Shown here: in pieces, positions 9,880 through 18,867 of the stretch
Position numbering within the stretch: the stretch's first letter is position 1
Layout of the letters: each line of letters opens with the position of its first letter
Assembly (NCBI GenBank): GCA_963719505.1
Contig: CAVRCF010000003.1
Coordinates: forward strand, 128,001 to 192,000
Origin: Halobacteriovoraceae bacterium
Lineage (GTDB): Bacteria > Bdellovibrionota > Bacteriovoracia > Bacteriovoracales > Bacteriovoracaceae
Length of the DNA: 64,000 bases
Reading direction: 5' to 3'
Program-made: the position numbers and the translations under genes
Notes under the pieces: model-generated
The model's database searches: none
Seen by the model: only the letters and a program-made list of their open reading frames with translations
What the model was told of the DNA's origin: nothing

Positions 9880-11229
9880 ATGAAGCTTTTTATCACAGCT
9901 ATTAGTATGACATTTCTTCTTTCCTCTTTTGCCTCTCAAAAAATTGAGAAAGTCTTTGAGGATGAAAGTCTGATGAAGGGGCACGTGACTTTATTTTTAA
10001 GTGATGGAGAAATCGTTCACTTTAAAAAAGAGAATGTAGATCTTTTGAATAAAGTAAAGACTGCTTTTAAAACCTCTTCTAGCATTCTTATGACTAAGAG
10101 GGGACAGGTCTCAAGTAATACTGCGGATAAAATTGAATCAATAACATTGTTAGAAAAGTCAGAGTCACACAAGGGGATAGCAAACTTTTCGAAAAAAAGA
10201 TTATTTAGCGATCCTCTTGATAGTGGAAATCTCACGACACTAAATAGTTACAATGCAGCTCAAAGTTTGATGGATAGTTTTAATGGTAAAACGGATGATG
10301 ATTCACAGTGCTACAATCGTGCTCATATGTGGACCTATGAAGCGTCATTTGAAAAAACGATTAACATGGGAAAACTTTGGATATTTTTTACTCATAAGTA
10401 CATTAGAGACTTTGAATACAAATGGTGGTTTCACGTTTCTCCCTATGCTAATGTCGACGATTCAAATGGAAAATATATTCTCGACAGAGGATTCACTCAG
10501 GTTCCTTTTAGTGTAACGAATTGGAAAAATATATTCATTCAAAATGAAGCGAATTGTCCTGTTGTGACAGACTATAGGCAATATGAAAATAATCAAGAAG
10601 AACAGTACTGTTACTTAATTTACTCTCATCAACATTTTTGGCAACCATATCAATTGAAAAATTTCTCAAGCACAGGCTTAATGCCAACGAAATATAATGA
10701 CTCTGATTTAAAGATTGCCTACAAGGACGCACTTATTTCTTGGGATGGGTTAATTCCAGGTGTGGATACAACGAATTCACCTAACAGTGATAATGAAGAG
10801 AATTACTCAGATGATTATCCAACAAATAATAGTTCCACGACACCAGGTTCTGGTACGGCATCAGTACCTGATGTGACAATTCCATCGACAAGTCATGAAC
10901 CAACCTCCTCGTGGGTTAAAGTTGGTGAATCTGTTATTAATAGCAATGGCTTTGAGGGTAGAGTTACAGGCGTTCTTAGTGAGACAAAGGTACTCGTTCT
11001 CTTTGCAAACTCATACCAGTCAGTCTCAGTCGAGACAAGATACTTGGCCGTAAAGTATGGATCTTCCCAGGGATTTTCAGTTGGTGATTATGTCAAAAAT
11101 AACTATGGCGAAAAAGGTAAGGTTACAGGTATCTTCCAAGATGGTGGTGTGACAGTAAAGTTTAGAGGCGCAAGCAAACATATCTGGCAAAATCCATTAA
11201 ATCTTTCCCGGAGATTAATGTATAAATGA
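9880..11229 (+). CDS. Secreted protein-glutaminase-domain protein with low-complexity linker and two C-terminal SH3/KOW-like repeats
   Basis: Signal peptide; QCYNRAH...WWFHVSP...YILD Cys-His-Asp pattern; repeats VKVGESV..NG.EGRVTGV and FSVGDYV...GEKGKVTGI. Confidence 0.75.
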   Translation: MKLFITAISMTFLLSSFASQKIEKVFEDESLMKGHVTLFLSDGEIVHFKKENVDLLNKVKTAFKTSSSILMTKRGQVSSNTADKIESITLLEKSESHKGIANFSKKRLFSDPLDSGNLTTLNSYNAAQSLMDSFNGKTDDDSQCYNRAHMWTYEASFEKTINMGKLWIFFTHKYIRDFEYKWWFHVSPYANVDDSNGKYILDRGFTQVPFSVTNWKNIFIQNEANCPVVTDYRQYENNQEEQYCYLIYSHQHFWQPYQLKNFSSTGLMPTKYNDSDLKIAYKDALISWDGLIPGVDTTNSPNSDNEENYSDDYPTNNSSTTPGSGTASVPDVTIPSTSHEPTSSWVKVGESVINSNGFEGRVTGVLSETKVLVLFANSYQSVSVETRYLAVKYGSSQGFSVGDYVKNNYGEKGKVTGIFQDGGVTVKFRGASKHIWQNPLNLSRRLMYK

Positions 11230-12350
11230 AAGCGCTCGTCTTTGGTCACAGATTAGGTATCGCAAGATCTCTTGAAAGAAAGGGGATTCCTTATGTTCTT
11301 TGGTCCACAAAAGAAGTAAAAAATAAATTATTAGCTGAACAAATTGTTATTGGACCGTACCCGGAATCACCGCTAACACTTTGTGAAAAAATAGAGAAAT
11401 TTGCCGATATTACTCATATTATTGCTGGAGTTGAAAATTCTGTCATTACAGCTTCTAAAGCAAGAGCTTGGCTGGATCTCAGAAGAAATCCCCATAGTGT
11501 TATCTTAATATGTACTGATAAATTGAAAATGAAAAAATTCTTGGCCAACAAGGGAATTCCGACAACACGTTTTGTTCCTTCTTTAAACAAAGGGGTTGAA
11601 GAGATAGTTGAAAAACTTGGTCTTCCTGTTGTTTGTAAAGAGAAGCTAAGTTCTGGTGGTAGAGGCGTGGAGTTTTTAAGGACTAAGGACGAAATTAGCG
11701 ATCGTTTAGGTAAGGAAAATCTCTATTTTGAAAAAGCAATTGTCGGTACTGAAGGAAGTATTGAATCTTTTATTTGTGATCGAAAAATTCTTTTTACAAG
11801 TACCACTGAATATTACAAGCATGGCCTTTGTAATAAAGTACCAGCTCGGTATACAGAAGAAATCAAAAATAAAATTAAAGAGTTAAACCAAAATGTAATC
11901 TCTGCAATGAGTATAAAGTGGGGAATGACTCATCTTGAATACTATATTACTGAAGATGAGATACTCTTTGGTGAGGTTGCCCTGAGGCCTCCAGGAGGAT
12001 ATCTCATGGACACACTTGCTCTTTGTTATGAAGAGAACTTCTGGGATAAATTCGTTGAAATAGAAACGGGTTCTAAAACAGTTCAGTTTAACAATCTCAA
12101 AAACTTCTCTTCCTCCATTATTATTTATCCAAAAGAGGGGACAATAAAAACTATTGAAGGGTTAGATAAGATTGAGAAACTTTCAAGTCTTAAGCATATG
12201 AAGATTAATCTCAAGGTCGGCCAAAAAATTCTTCAAAGAGAGGGTGTTGGTCAAGATTTTGGACATGTCTTTTTGTCAAATTCCAGTGAGAGTGGACTTG
12301 ATCAGGATGTCGATCGATTTTATTCTGAATTAGTCATTGAAAATGAATGA
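11226..12350 (+). CDS. ATP-grasp domain protein (L-amino-acid ligase-like)
   Basis: TDKLKMK, PVVCKEKLSSGGRGV, THLEY, GEVALRPPGG; ATGA overlap with the upstream gene. Confidence 0.85.
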   Translation: MKALVFGHRLGIARSLERKGIPYVLWSTKEVKNKLLAEQIVIGPYPESPLTLCEKIEKFADITHIIAGVENSVITASKARAWLDLRRNPHSVILICTDKLKMKKFLANKGIPTTRFVPSLNKGVEEIVEKLGLPVVCKEKLSSGGRGVEFLRTKDEISDRLGKENLYFEKAIVGTEGSIESFICDRKILFTSTTEYYKHGLCNKVPARYTEEIKNKIKELNQNVISAMSIKWGMTHLEYYITEDEILFGEVALRPPGGYLMDTLALCYEENFWDKFVEIETGSKTVQFNNLKNFSSSIIIYPKEGTIKTIEGLDKIEKLSSLKHMKINLKVGQKILQREGVGQDFGHVFLSNSSESGLDQDVDRFYSELVIENE

Positions 12351-12401
12351 ACGAATCTCGCCGCGAACTCTTTACCTTAAACAATATTAAGAATTAATTT
12401 A

Positions 12402-12428
12402 TAAAGTAACACTTAATTATACCGATAG
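12402..12428 (+). promoter_or_regulatory. Sigma-28 (FliA) promoter
   Basis: TAAA-N15-ACCGATAG versus consensus TAAA-N15-GCCGATAA, followed by a GAGGAG RBS. Confidence 0.65.
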
Positions 12429-12465
12429 GGGTGGTCTAACTACTAATTAAGAGGAGCTTAACTCT

Positions 12466-12828
12466 ATGAGCACAAGAACCATCAAAAACAAAAATGTATT
12501 TTTAGTCTACTTCTTTTCGATAATTACTTTTGGTATTTATTGGACTGTTTGGACTGTAAAATCAAAACGAGACATGAATGCACTGGGTGCTGACATTCCT
12601 ACCTCTTGGTTACTCATTGTGCCGATCGCAAATTTTTACTACATGTACAAATATTGTGAAGGATTTTCTGAGACCGTTAAGAAGGATAATCATACTGTCC
12701 TTTGGTGTGTTGTTTCATTTTTTGCAGGAATCTTCATGCCATTTTTTGTTCAAACCGAACTAAATAAACATGCGACTCAACCTCCAGCATCAGTTGATGC
12801 AAACGAAAACATTAAAATCGCTGCGTAG
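12466..12828 (+). CDS. DUF4234-like membrane protein
   Basis: SIITFGIYWTVW motif, 3-4 TM segments, VQTELN. Confidence 0.75.
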   Translation: MSTRTIKNKNVFLVYFFSIITFGIYWTVWTVKSKRDMNALGADIPTSWLLIVPIANFYYMYKYCEGFSETVKKDNHTVLWCVVSFFAGIFMPFFVQTELNKHATQPPASVDANENIKIAA

Positions 12829-12833
12829 GAAAT

Positions 12834-13202
12834 ATGAAGAAAATAGAAGAGATCAATATTGTATTATATATTCTTTTAACGATTATAACTTTTGGTCTTT
12901 TCTATTTTTATTGGCAATACCGTCAAATGCAACAATGTAATATTTTGCTAGAATCCAAAGAGCATGGATTTTTAAAATGGTTTTTTCTCTCTCTTATAAC
13001 TTTTGGAATCTATCATTTTTATCATGAATATTTAATGAGTAAAGACATCATTCTGCTTCAAGAAAAGTATGAATTAAAAGTGAATAGTCAGGATTATCCA
13101 ATTTTATGTTTAATTATCAGTGTTTTTGGATTTATTCTCATCAGCGACTTTATCCATCAAGACGATTTAAATAAGATCATTAGAAAACTCAATAAGTTCT
13201 AG
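12834..13202 (+). CDS. DUF4234-like membrane protein
   Basis: Duplicated IITFGLFYFYW / LITFGIYHFYH motif, HQDDLN. Confidence 0.75.
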   Translation: MKKIEEINIVLYILLTIITFGLFYFYWQYRQMQQCNILLESKEHGFLKWFFLSLITFGIYHFYHEYLMSKDIILLQEKYELKVNSQDYPILCLIISVFGFILISDFIHQDDLNKIIRKLNKF

Positions 13203-14086
13203 GGAATAAGTTCTTTTAGATAATTCAGTCCACCGACGATTGCAGCAACCTGGGCCTCATTGCATTGTTTATCTGTGACCTTTTTGCTGTCTGGATAAAC
13301 CTCTGTTGTTGTCACATACTTGGCATCTGTTAACCCAGCACAAAGAAAAAGCTTTTTCACATCATAGTTGATGACACCTTTACTTGAAACACTCTCTCCG
13401 ATGATTTTACCCTCCTTATCGGCTGGAGCAATATGAGTTACTTTTTCTACCTCATTGATAATAGCTTGTTGAAACTGATTTTCAACACGGCCAGTATCTC
13501 CCACAAGATAAAAGCCGTCTGGTATATCCCAAACTTCTTGTGGTATTCCATCACGTTTTTCAATTAAGGGACGAAAAACTGTGTTATCAGTGTCAGTCGT
13601 TTCATGAAGATCAAAGTGAGCAAGGAATGTCAGATTTTTTTCTTCTAACAATTTAAAGATAAGCTCACACTCTTTTGCTGGACTATCTTTAAAGAAATTT
13701 CTATTGGGATCCAACGCTTTTGGGTTCCAACGATTAATTGTCTCATAACCCCAAGGACTGATGCATGGGGCACAAAATAAGTTAAAGTGACTTGAGTACT
13801 CAGCAGCATGCTCTTTCATAAAGAGTAAGGCTCCATGAGCACCGCTTGTCTCATATCCATGAACGCCGCCAGTAATGAGGATGTTTGGCTTGGTCTTATC
13901 AATCATCTTGGACTGAAGAAAGAAAACGGGGTAGTCGACATGGGATTCGGTGAGTGTTCCGTACTGTTGAACTTTGAAAAGACTATCTAAATTTTCAATC
14001 TGAGAGAGAATATCTTCTTTATAAGAACGTTGAACCTTTTGTTCATTTTTCCAGTTCAATTTATCTTGTTGGCTCCACTTATTCAT
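13199..14086 (-). CDS. M14-family metallocarboxypeptidase / deacylase (AstE/AspA-like)
   Basis: GGVHGYETSG, DPNRNF, DLHETTDTD, TTTEVYPD; ATG at 14086 avoids overlap with the upstream gene. Confidence 0.88.
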   Translation of the reverse strand: MNKWSQQDKLNWKNEQKVQRSYKEDILSQIENLDSLFKVQQYGTLTESHVDYPVFFLQSKMIDKTKPNILITGGVHGYETSGAHGALLFMKEHAAEYSSHFNLFCAPCISPWGYETINRWNPKALDPNRNFFKDSPAKECELIFKLLEEKNLTFLAHFDLHETTDTDNTVFRPLIEKRDGIPQEVWDIPDGFYLVGDTGRVENQFQQAIINEVEKVTHIAPADKEGKIIGESVSSKGVINYDVKKLFLCAGLTDAKYVTTTEVYPDSKKVTDKQCNEAQVAAIVGGLNYLKELIP

Positions 14087-14097
14087 GATTTCTTCCT

Positions 14098-15225
14098 TTA
14101 TTTTTTTGATGTCCTCATGACCTGAAAAAGCTCCATGCCTTGTTGAATAGCACTTGAAGGACATTTATTAATAAGTATACCATCAAAATCGGAAATAATT
14201 GGGGTTGAGTATTTTGATGAATCAGTTCGGTCTAGGTTTTGTAGTTGGTAAATCGTGCCAAGAACCTCACCTTTTTTAAAAGGTTTTCCAAGTTCATGTT
14301 GGTAATCGATAAGCCCAGAGATGGGGCTATAGATCGTTATATAGTCGCTCAGGTGCTCTAGAATAAGAGCTTTTTTAGTGGCTTTGCCTGTTAGAACTTT
14401 TTTGTGTCTTAAATAATTTAAGACTTTTTCTTTTTGCTTTTTTGCCATCGTGATTGAAAAACCTTCCTCACTTTCAAGTTCCAAAGTAAAAGAGTGAAAG
14501 TCCATGTTTAAATGACGACCCTGTTTTTCGAATTCTTCTTCAAGATGAACCCAAGGCATGAAAGTGGCTTCATCCATAGCTCCTGCGAACTCGTGATCAA
14601 CTTCTAGAACATGCTTAAAGTGCAAAAAGCTTACTTCTTTAAGTGAGCGAGTTGCGCTGTATAGGTACTCTGTTGCGCTTGGTCCGGTGTGAAGATCCAG
14701 GACAATATCAGCTGTCGAAGCCAATTTTTGTAACATGAGATTGAGCTTATTATTATCGTGAAGCTGATTTTCTTTGGATAGTCTGGATTCAAGTTTTTTG
14801 ATCTCTTTTTCTAAGAGTCGTTGGTATTTCTCTCTAATAACTTGTTCGGGTTCATTAATATTTTTCTGACTAAACTTTTTTAAATCTACTTTTTGAGCTT
14901 TTATAATATCAATGAAATTTCTATTCCAATTATCACCTGTATTAGGATTGAACCTTCCAAATGTGTACTTACCCAGTTTATTATTTGTCGCATAGGGATT
15001 AGATAAAGGAACAAAGGTGATGGTTCCATTAAATGAAATATCCTTTAAATGTTCGATAAGAGCAAGTATGAGAGCATTCCCTTGAAGTTCTCCGCCATGT
15101 AAACTTGCTTGAATATAAACTTTGGGTCCAGGTTGCGTGCCTGTTAGTGTGTATTTATAAAGAGAGTACTGAGCACCACCAATGAGTTCTTTAATTGGGA
15201 TGATCTCTTTTTTTAGTTTATTCAT
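14098..15225 (-). CDS. Succinylglutamate desuccinylase/aspartoacylase family (M14) protein
   Basis: QASLHGGELQG, NWNRNF, LDLHTG, FTLELESE, C-terminal hybrid barrel; likely start 15225. Confidence 0.88.
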   Translation of the reverse strand: MNKLKKEIIPIKELIGGAQYSLYKYTLTGTQPGPKVYIQASLHGGELQGNALILALIEHLKDISFNGTITFVPLSNPYATNNKLGKYTFGRFNPNTGDNWNRNFIDIIKAQKVDLKKFSQKNINEPEQVIREKYQRLLEKEIKKLESRLSKENQLHDNNKLNLMLQKLASTADIVLDLHTGPSATEYLYSATRSLKEVSFLHFKHVLEVDHEFAGAMDEATFMPWVHLEEEFEKQGRHLNMDFHSFTLELESEEGFSITMAKKQKEKVLNYLRHKKVLTGKATKKALILEHLSDYITIYSPISGLIDYQHELGKPFKKGEVLGTIYQLQNLDRTDSSKYSTPIISDFDGILINKCPSSAIQQGMELFQVMRTSKK

Positions 15226-15226
15226 T

Positions 15227-16729
15227 CTATACCTGTGAGGGATGTTTTTTAGCTTCAATTTGTTTTATAAACCAGTCTACAATTGTGTCGTAGAGTTTAG
15301 TCTTTAAAATGAGGTCTTCAATTCCATCATCGATATTTGGATTATCATTTATCTCAACGACATAGACGTTTCCGTCTGCATCTTCTTTTAGATCTACGCC
15401 GTAGAGACCCTTTCCAATACTGTTGGCGGCCTTTATTGCTGTGTTCATAACTTTCTTTGGAACATCTGAAATTTCTAAAGTTTGAGAGTCGCCGCTAAAT
15501 TCATCATCACTTTGATCTTTTTTGTGATTGTAGATTTGCCAGTGATCATTACTCATAAAGTACTTACACGCATATAAGCCTTTTTGATCAAAAACTCCGA
15601 TCCTCCAGTCAAACTTTGTATAAACAAATTTTTGAATGAGAATAAGATCACTTTTTTTAAGCATTATTTCGAGAATTGAAATTAACTCCTGTCTATCTTC
15701 AGCTTTCTTTACACCAATGCTAAATGATCCGTCAGGTATCTTTACTACCATTGGATATCCAAACTCTTTTTCTAGTGAGTCGAGAGTCTCCTTCGTTGAA
15801 GACGAGACAAAGGAGCTTGGTATATTGGCCACACCAATTCTGTCCATAAGTTCAGCTACAAATACTTTGTTCGTGCACTTGAGCATGGAGTCGGCATCGT
15901 CGATAACAACGAGACCTTCAGATTCAGCTTTCTTCGCAAATCTATAGGTGTGATTGCTAATAGATGTTGTTTCACGAATAAAAAGAGCATCGAATTCATT
16001 AATTCTCGACAGATCCTTTTTCGTAATAAATTCACAATAGATAGATTTTGATTCACATGACTTTTTAAATTTCTCTAAAGCTTTTGGATTACTTGGAGAT
16101 AATTCTTCGTCTGGATCATGTAAAACGGCGATATCATAAATATACTGTTTATGCTCTTTTGGAAGACGCCAAATTCTATTGCTATATTTTTCCAGTGCCT
16201 TTCCAAAAAAATCTTCATCACCTTCTTTTAATTCGCCTAATGATGAAGGGATAATAGAATTGATCTTCCAAACTTTATCAAAGACGAGTCTTACTTCTAA
16301 AATGGGAACAGGGTAGTAGGTGTAAATGTCAGAAGCTAATTTTTTAAACTCAGAAATCTTTGATTGCCCAAAGTAGACTTTAAAGGCGATCATGACGACA
16401 TTATCTTTTATATTTTGATACTTTTTTAACATGTCCTCAGAAACGAGCTGGAGTTCATCAATATCACTGATGTAAATTCTTTTTTTACTCAAGTCATTTA
16501 TTGTTTTTAAGTTCGGAATAATCCTATGATTTCTAGCTTCGGCAAGAAGGGAACAATAGTAACCCGAAGAGAGGTACTTATATTTTTTAGAGAGATTAAT
16601 AATCCTTAGATTTTTTATCTCTTGGTATTTCTTGTTAAAAAGATAGTCTTTGGCCGTAACCAATGATTCCGTTGGGTAGTAGGGTTGCCAGTCTGAAATT
16701 TTATCGACTATTACAATAAAGTCATCCAC
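15227..16729 (-). CDS. RimK-family ATP-grasp ligase with N-terminal RLAN domain
   Basis: YLSSGYYCSLLAEARNH (RLAN), DALFIRETT, KIPDGSFSIGV, DWRIGV, GVDLKE, EINDNPNID. Confidence 0.92.
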   Translation of the reverse strand: MDDFIVIVDKISDWQPYYPTESLVTAKDYLFNKKYQEIKNLRIINLSKKYKYLSSGYYCSLLAEARNHRIIPNLKTINDLSKKRIYISDIDELQLVSEDMLKKYQNIKDNVVMIAFKVYFGQSKISEFKKLASDIYTYYPVPILEVRLVFDKVWKINSIIPSSLGELKEGDEDFFGKALEKYSNRIWRLPKEHKQYIYDIAVLHDPDEELSPSNPKALEKFKKSCESKSIYCEFITKKDLSRINEFDALFIRETTSISNHTYRFAKKAESEGLVVIDDADSMLKCTNKVFVAELMDRIGVANIPSSFVSSSTKETLDSLEKEFGYPMVVKIPDGSFSIGVKKAEDRQELISILEIMLKKSDLILIQKFVYTKFDWRIGVFDQKGLYACKYFMSNDHWQIYNHKKDQSDDEFSGDSQTLEISDVPKKVMNTAIKAANSIGKGLYGVDLKEDADGNVYVVEINDNPNIDDGIEDLILKTKLYDTIVDWFIKQIEAKKHPSQV

Positions 16730-16780
16730 ATTTAGTCCTTTTTCTAATACTATGAGTATATTAGCCTAAAGGAAGATTAA

Positions 16781-17896
16781 GTGAAGAAAAATATCAAATA
16801 TCGGTTAGCAAAGTTGGATGATGTTGCACAGTTAGTGGAACTTGAAAACTTGTGCTTTGACTATGATGCTTTGGGATCTAGAAATTTTAGGTATTTTATC
16901 AATAAAGGCCATGATGATCTCGTTGTGCAGCTCATTGAAAAAGAAATTGTCGGCTACGGGCTATTACTTTACAGAAAAGGTACCTCTCTTTGCCGTCTTT
17001 ACTCAATAGCCGTATCTCCTGAGCATACAGGCAAGTCTTTAGGTAAAGATCTAATGTTAAAGTTAGAAGACTATGCCCAAAAAAGAGACTCAAGTTATAT
17101 TAGACTTGAGGTTAAAAAATCAAATGCTCGGGCATTAAAGCTCTACGATAAAATTGGTTATAAAGAATTCTCGGTAAAGCACGAGTATTATGAGGATCAG
17201 GAAGATGCGATTTGCATGGAGAAAAAGGTCCAAAAAATCTCTAAAAAAGATGATACTTTAAGCGTACCTTTTTACAAACAGACCACAGAATTTACCTGTG
17301 GTCCGTCAAGCCTTATGATGGCGATGAAGTCAATTGACCCCAAAAAGAAGATCTCCCGGACCCAAGAAATTCAGATTTGGAGAGAGGCGACGACCATCTT
17401 TATGACCTCCGGACATGGGGGATGTGGCCCCCACGGTTTGGCACTGGCCGCACACAAAAGAGGTTTTGACGTTGAGCTTTATCTCAATACTAAAGACCTT
17501 CTCTTTGTCAGTGGAGTCCGGCAAAAACACAAAAAAGAGATTATAAAGATTGTTCAAGAACAGTTTGACCGTGAGATTAAGCATCATAAAATTCCTGTAA
17601 AATACGGAAAAATCAACTGGAGTGAGCTGACGCAAATTATTTCTAATGGAGGAGTCCCTCTGGTTTTAATAAGTTCCTATCGTTTGACTGAAACAAAGAC
17701 CCCCCACTGGATTGTCATTACGGGAATGAATGAAGACTTTGTCTTCTTTAATGACCCGGACCTTGGAGATGACGATGAGGCTTTTGACAATATTAATATA
17801 CCGGTTCGAAAAGACGAGTTTGAACTCATGGCTAAGTTTGGCTCTTCCCAAATTCAGTCTATGCTTATTTTAACCAATAAAAGAGAGATTGCTTAG
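16781..17896 (+). CDS. GNAT (RimI-like) acetyltransferase fused to a C39-like (DUF3335) peptidase
   Basis: LYSIAVSP..GKSLGK, RLEVKKSN; FYKQTTEFTCGP, WREATTIFMTSGHGGC, PHW, NDPD. Confidence 0.9.
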   Translation: MKKNIKYRLAKLDDVAQLVELENLCFDYDALGSRNFRYFINKGHDDLVVQLIEKEIVGYGLLLYRKGTSLCRLYSIAVSPEHTGKSLGKDLMLKLEDYAQKRDSSYIRLEVKKSNARALKLYDKIGYKEFSVKHEYYEDQEDAICMEKKVQKISKKDDTLSVPFYKQTTEFTCGPSSLMMAMKSIDPKKKISRTQEIQIWREATTIFMTSGHGGCGPHGLALAAHKRGFDVELYLNTKDLLFVSGVRQKHKKEIIKIVQEQFDREIKHHKIPVKYGKINWSELTQIISNGGVPLVLISSYRLTETKTPHWIVITGMNEDFVFFNDPDLGDDDEAFDNINIPVRKDEFELMAKFGSSQIQSMLILTNKREIA

Positions 17897-18009
17897 TCTC
17901 TCTCTTAGCAATATCCTCATACTCTTTCACATTTTTCTTGCTCAATTTAAAACTTAATATATTATCTGATTAAAGAGATCACTTCATATCCCTGGTCTCG
18001 AGAGAATAT

Positions 18010-18771
18010 ATGAAATGTCACGGCTATCTCCTTTGCGAGTCTATCGATATCGACCTTATCAAGAGTGAAGCAAAGTACAAGCAAGCGGCAGTCCTTACTT
18101 ATGGTGAGAGTATCTGCTTTATCTTTCCTTACGGAGCTTTAATTATTTGGGGAAGTGGAGATCTTTTTCACTTCGAATCCCAGGTTGAGAGTCTTATGAA
18201 GGGAAAGTTCTCGGCCGCTGAGAGGCTTGTCGATGAGTTCGAAGTTGCAACAACAGAACTTTTAAAACTCATCCATGAGGATACGATCTATCTCTCCCAA
18301 AATAGTATGGAGATTAAATTTTCCATCTCTCACGCCATTGCACAGTCATTGAGGCTCTCCCATATTGAGGATGATGTTCTTAAACTGATGAAGGTTAACC
18401 GACAGGTGCCGCTAGATCTGGCTCAAACGGGAAAAGTTAAAAAGTCCAAGAAGGAAATTTCTAAACTTCAAGGAGAGCTGTATTTGAAGAAAACGAAAAT
18501 GAGCTTTGAATACTCCATCCTTGATAAGCCAGAATTCTTTTGGGTCTACCCAGAATTCGATAGTTTCTATTCTAAAACGACTGAGTATCTCGAGCTTCAT
18601 CCAAGGATCGATATTCTTTCTAAAAAAATTCAAACAATTGATGAGATTCTCTCTATCTTGTCTAGTGAGCTTAACCACCGCCATTCAAGTAGGCTGGAGT
18701 GGATTATTATTATTTTAATTCTTATTGAGATCGTGATCTTCTTTTTGCAAGATGTTTTTAAATTAATCTAG
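18010..18771 (+). CDS. RMD1/DUF155 family protein
   Basis: FPYGALIIW, SHAIAQSLRL, LDKPEFFW, HSSRLEWIIIILI. Confidence 0.88.
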   Translation: MKCHGYLLCESIDIDLIKSEAKYKQAAVLTYGESICFIFPYGALIIWGSGDLFHFESQVESLMKGKFSAAERLVDEFEVATTELLKLIHEDTIYLSQNSMEIKFSISHAIAQSLRLSHIEDDVLKLMKVNRQVPLDLAQTGKVKKSKKEISKLQGELYLKKTKMSFEYSILDKPEFFWVYPEFDSFYSKTTEYLELHPRIDILSKKIQTIDEILSILSSELNHRHSSRLEWIIIILILIEIVIFFLQDVFKLI

Positions 18772-18867
18772 GGGAATAATCTTCTTTTCCCCCCTTGGGC
18801 TTTTCTCTTTGTTCCTGTAAGATACGACTGCGATCAATTTAAAAATAGTGAAGGTTTCCCAGCTTAG

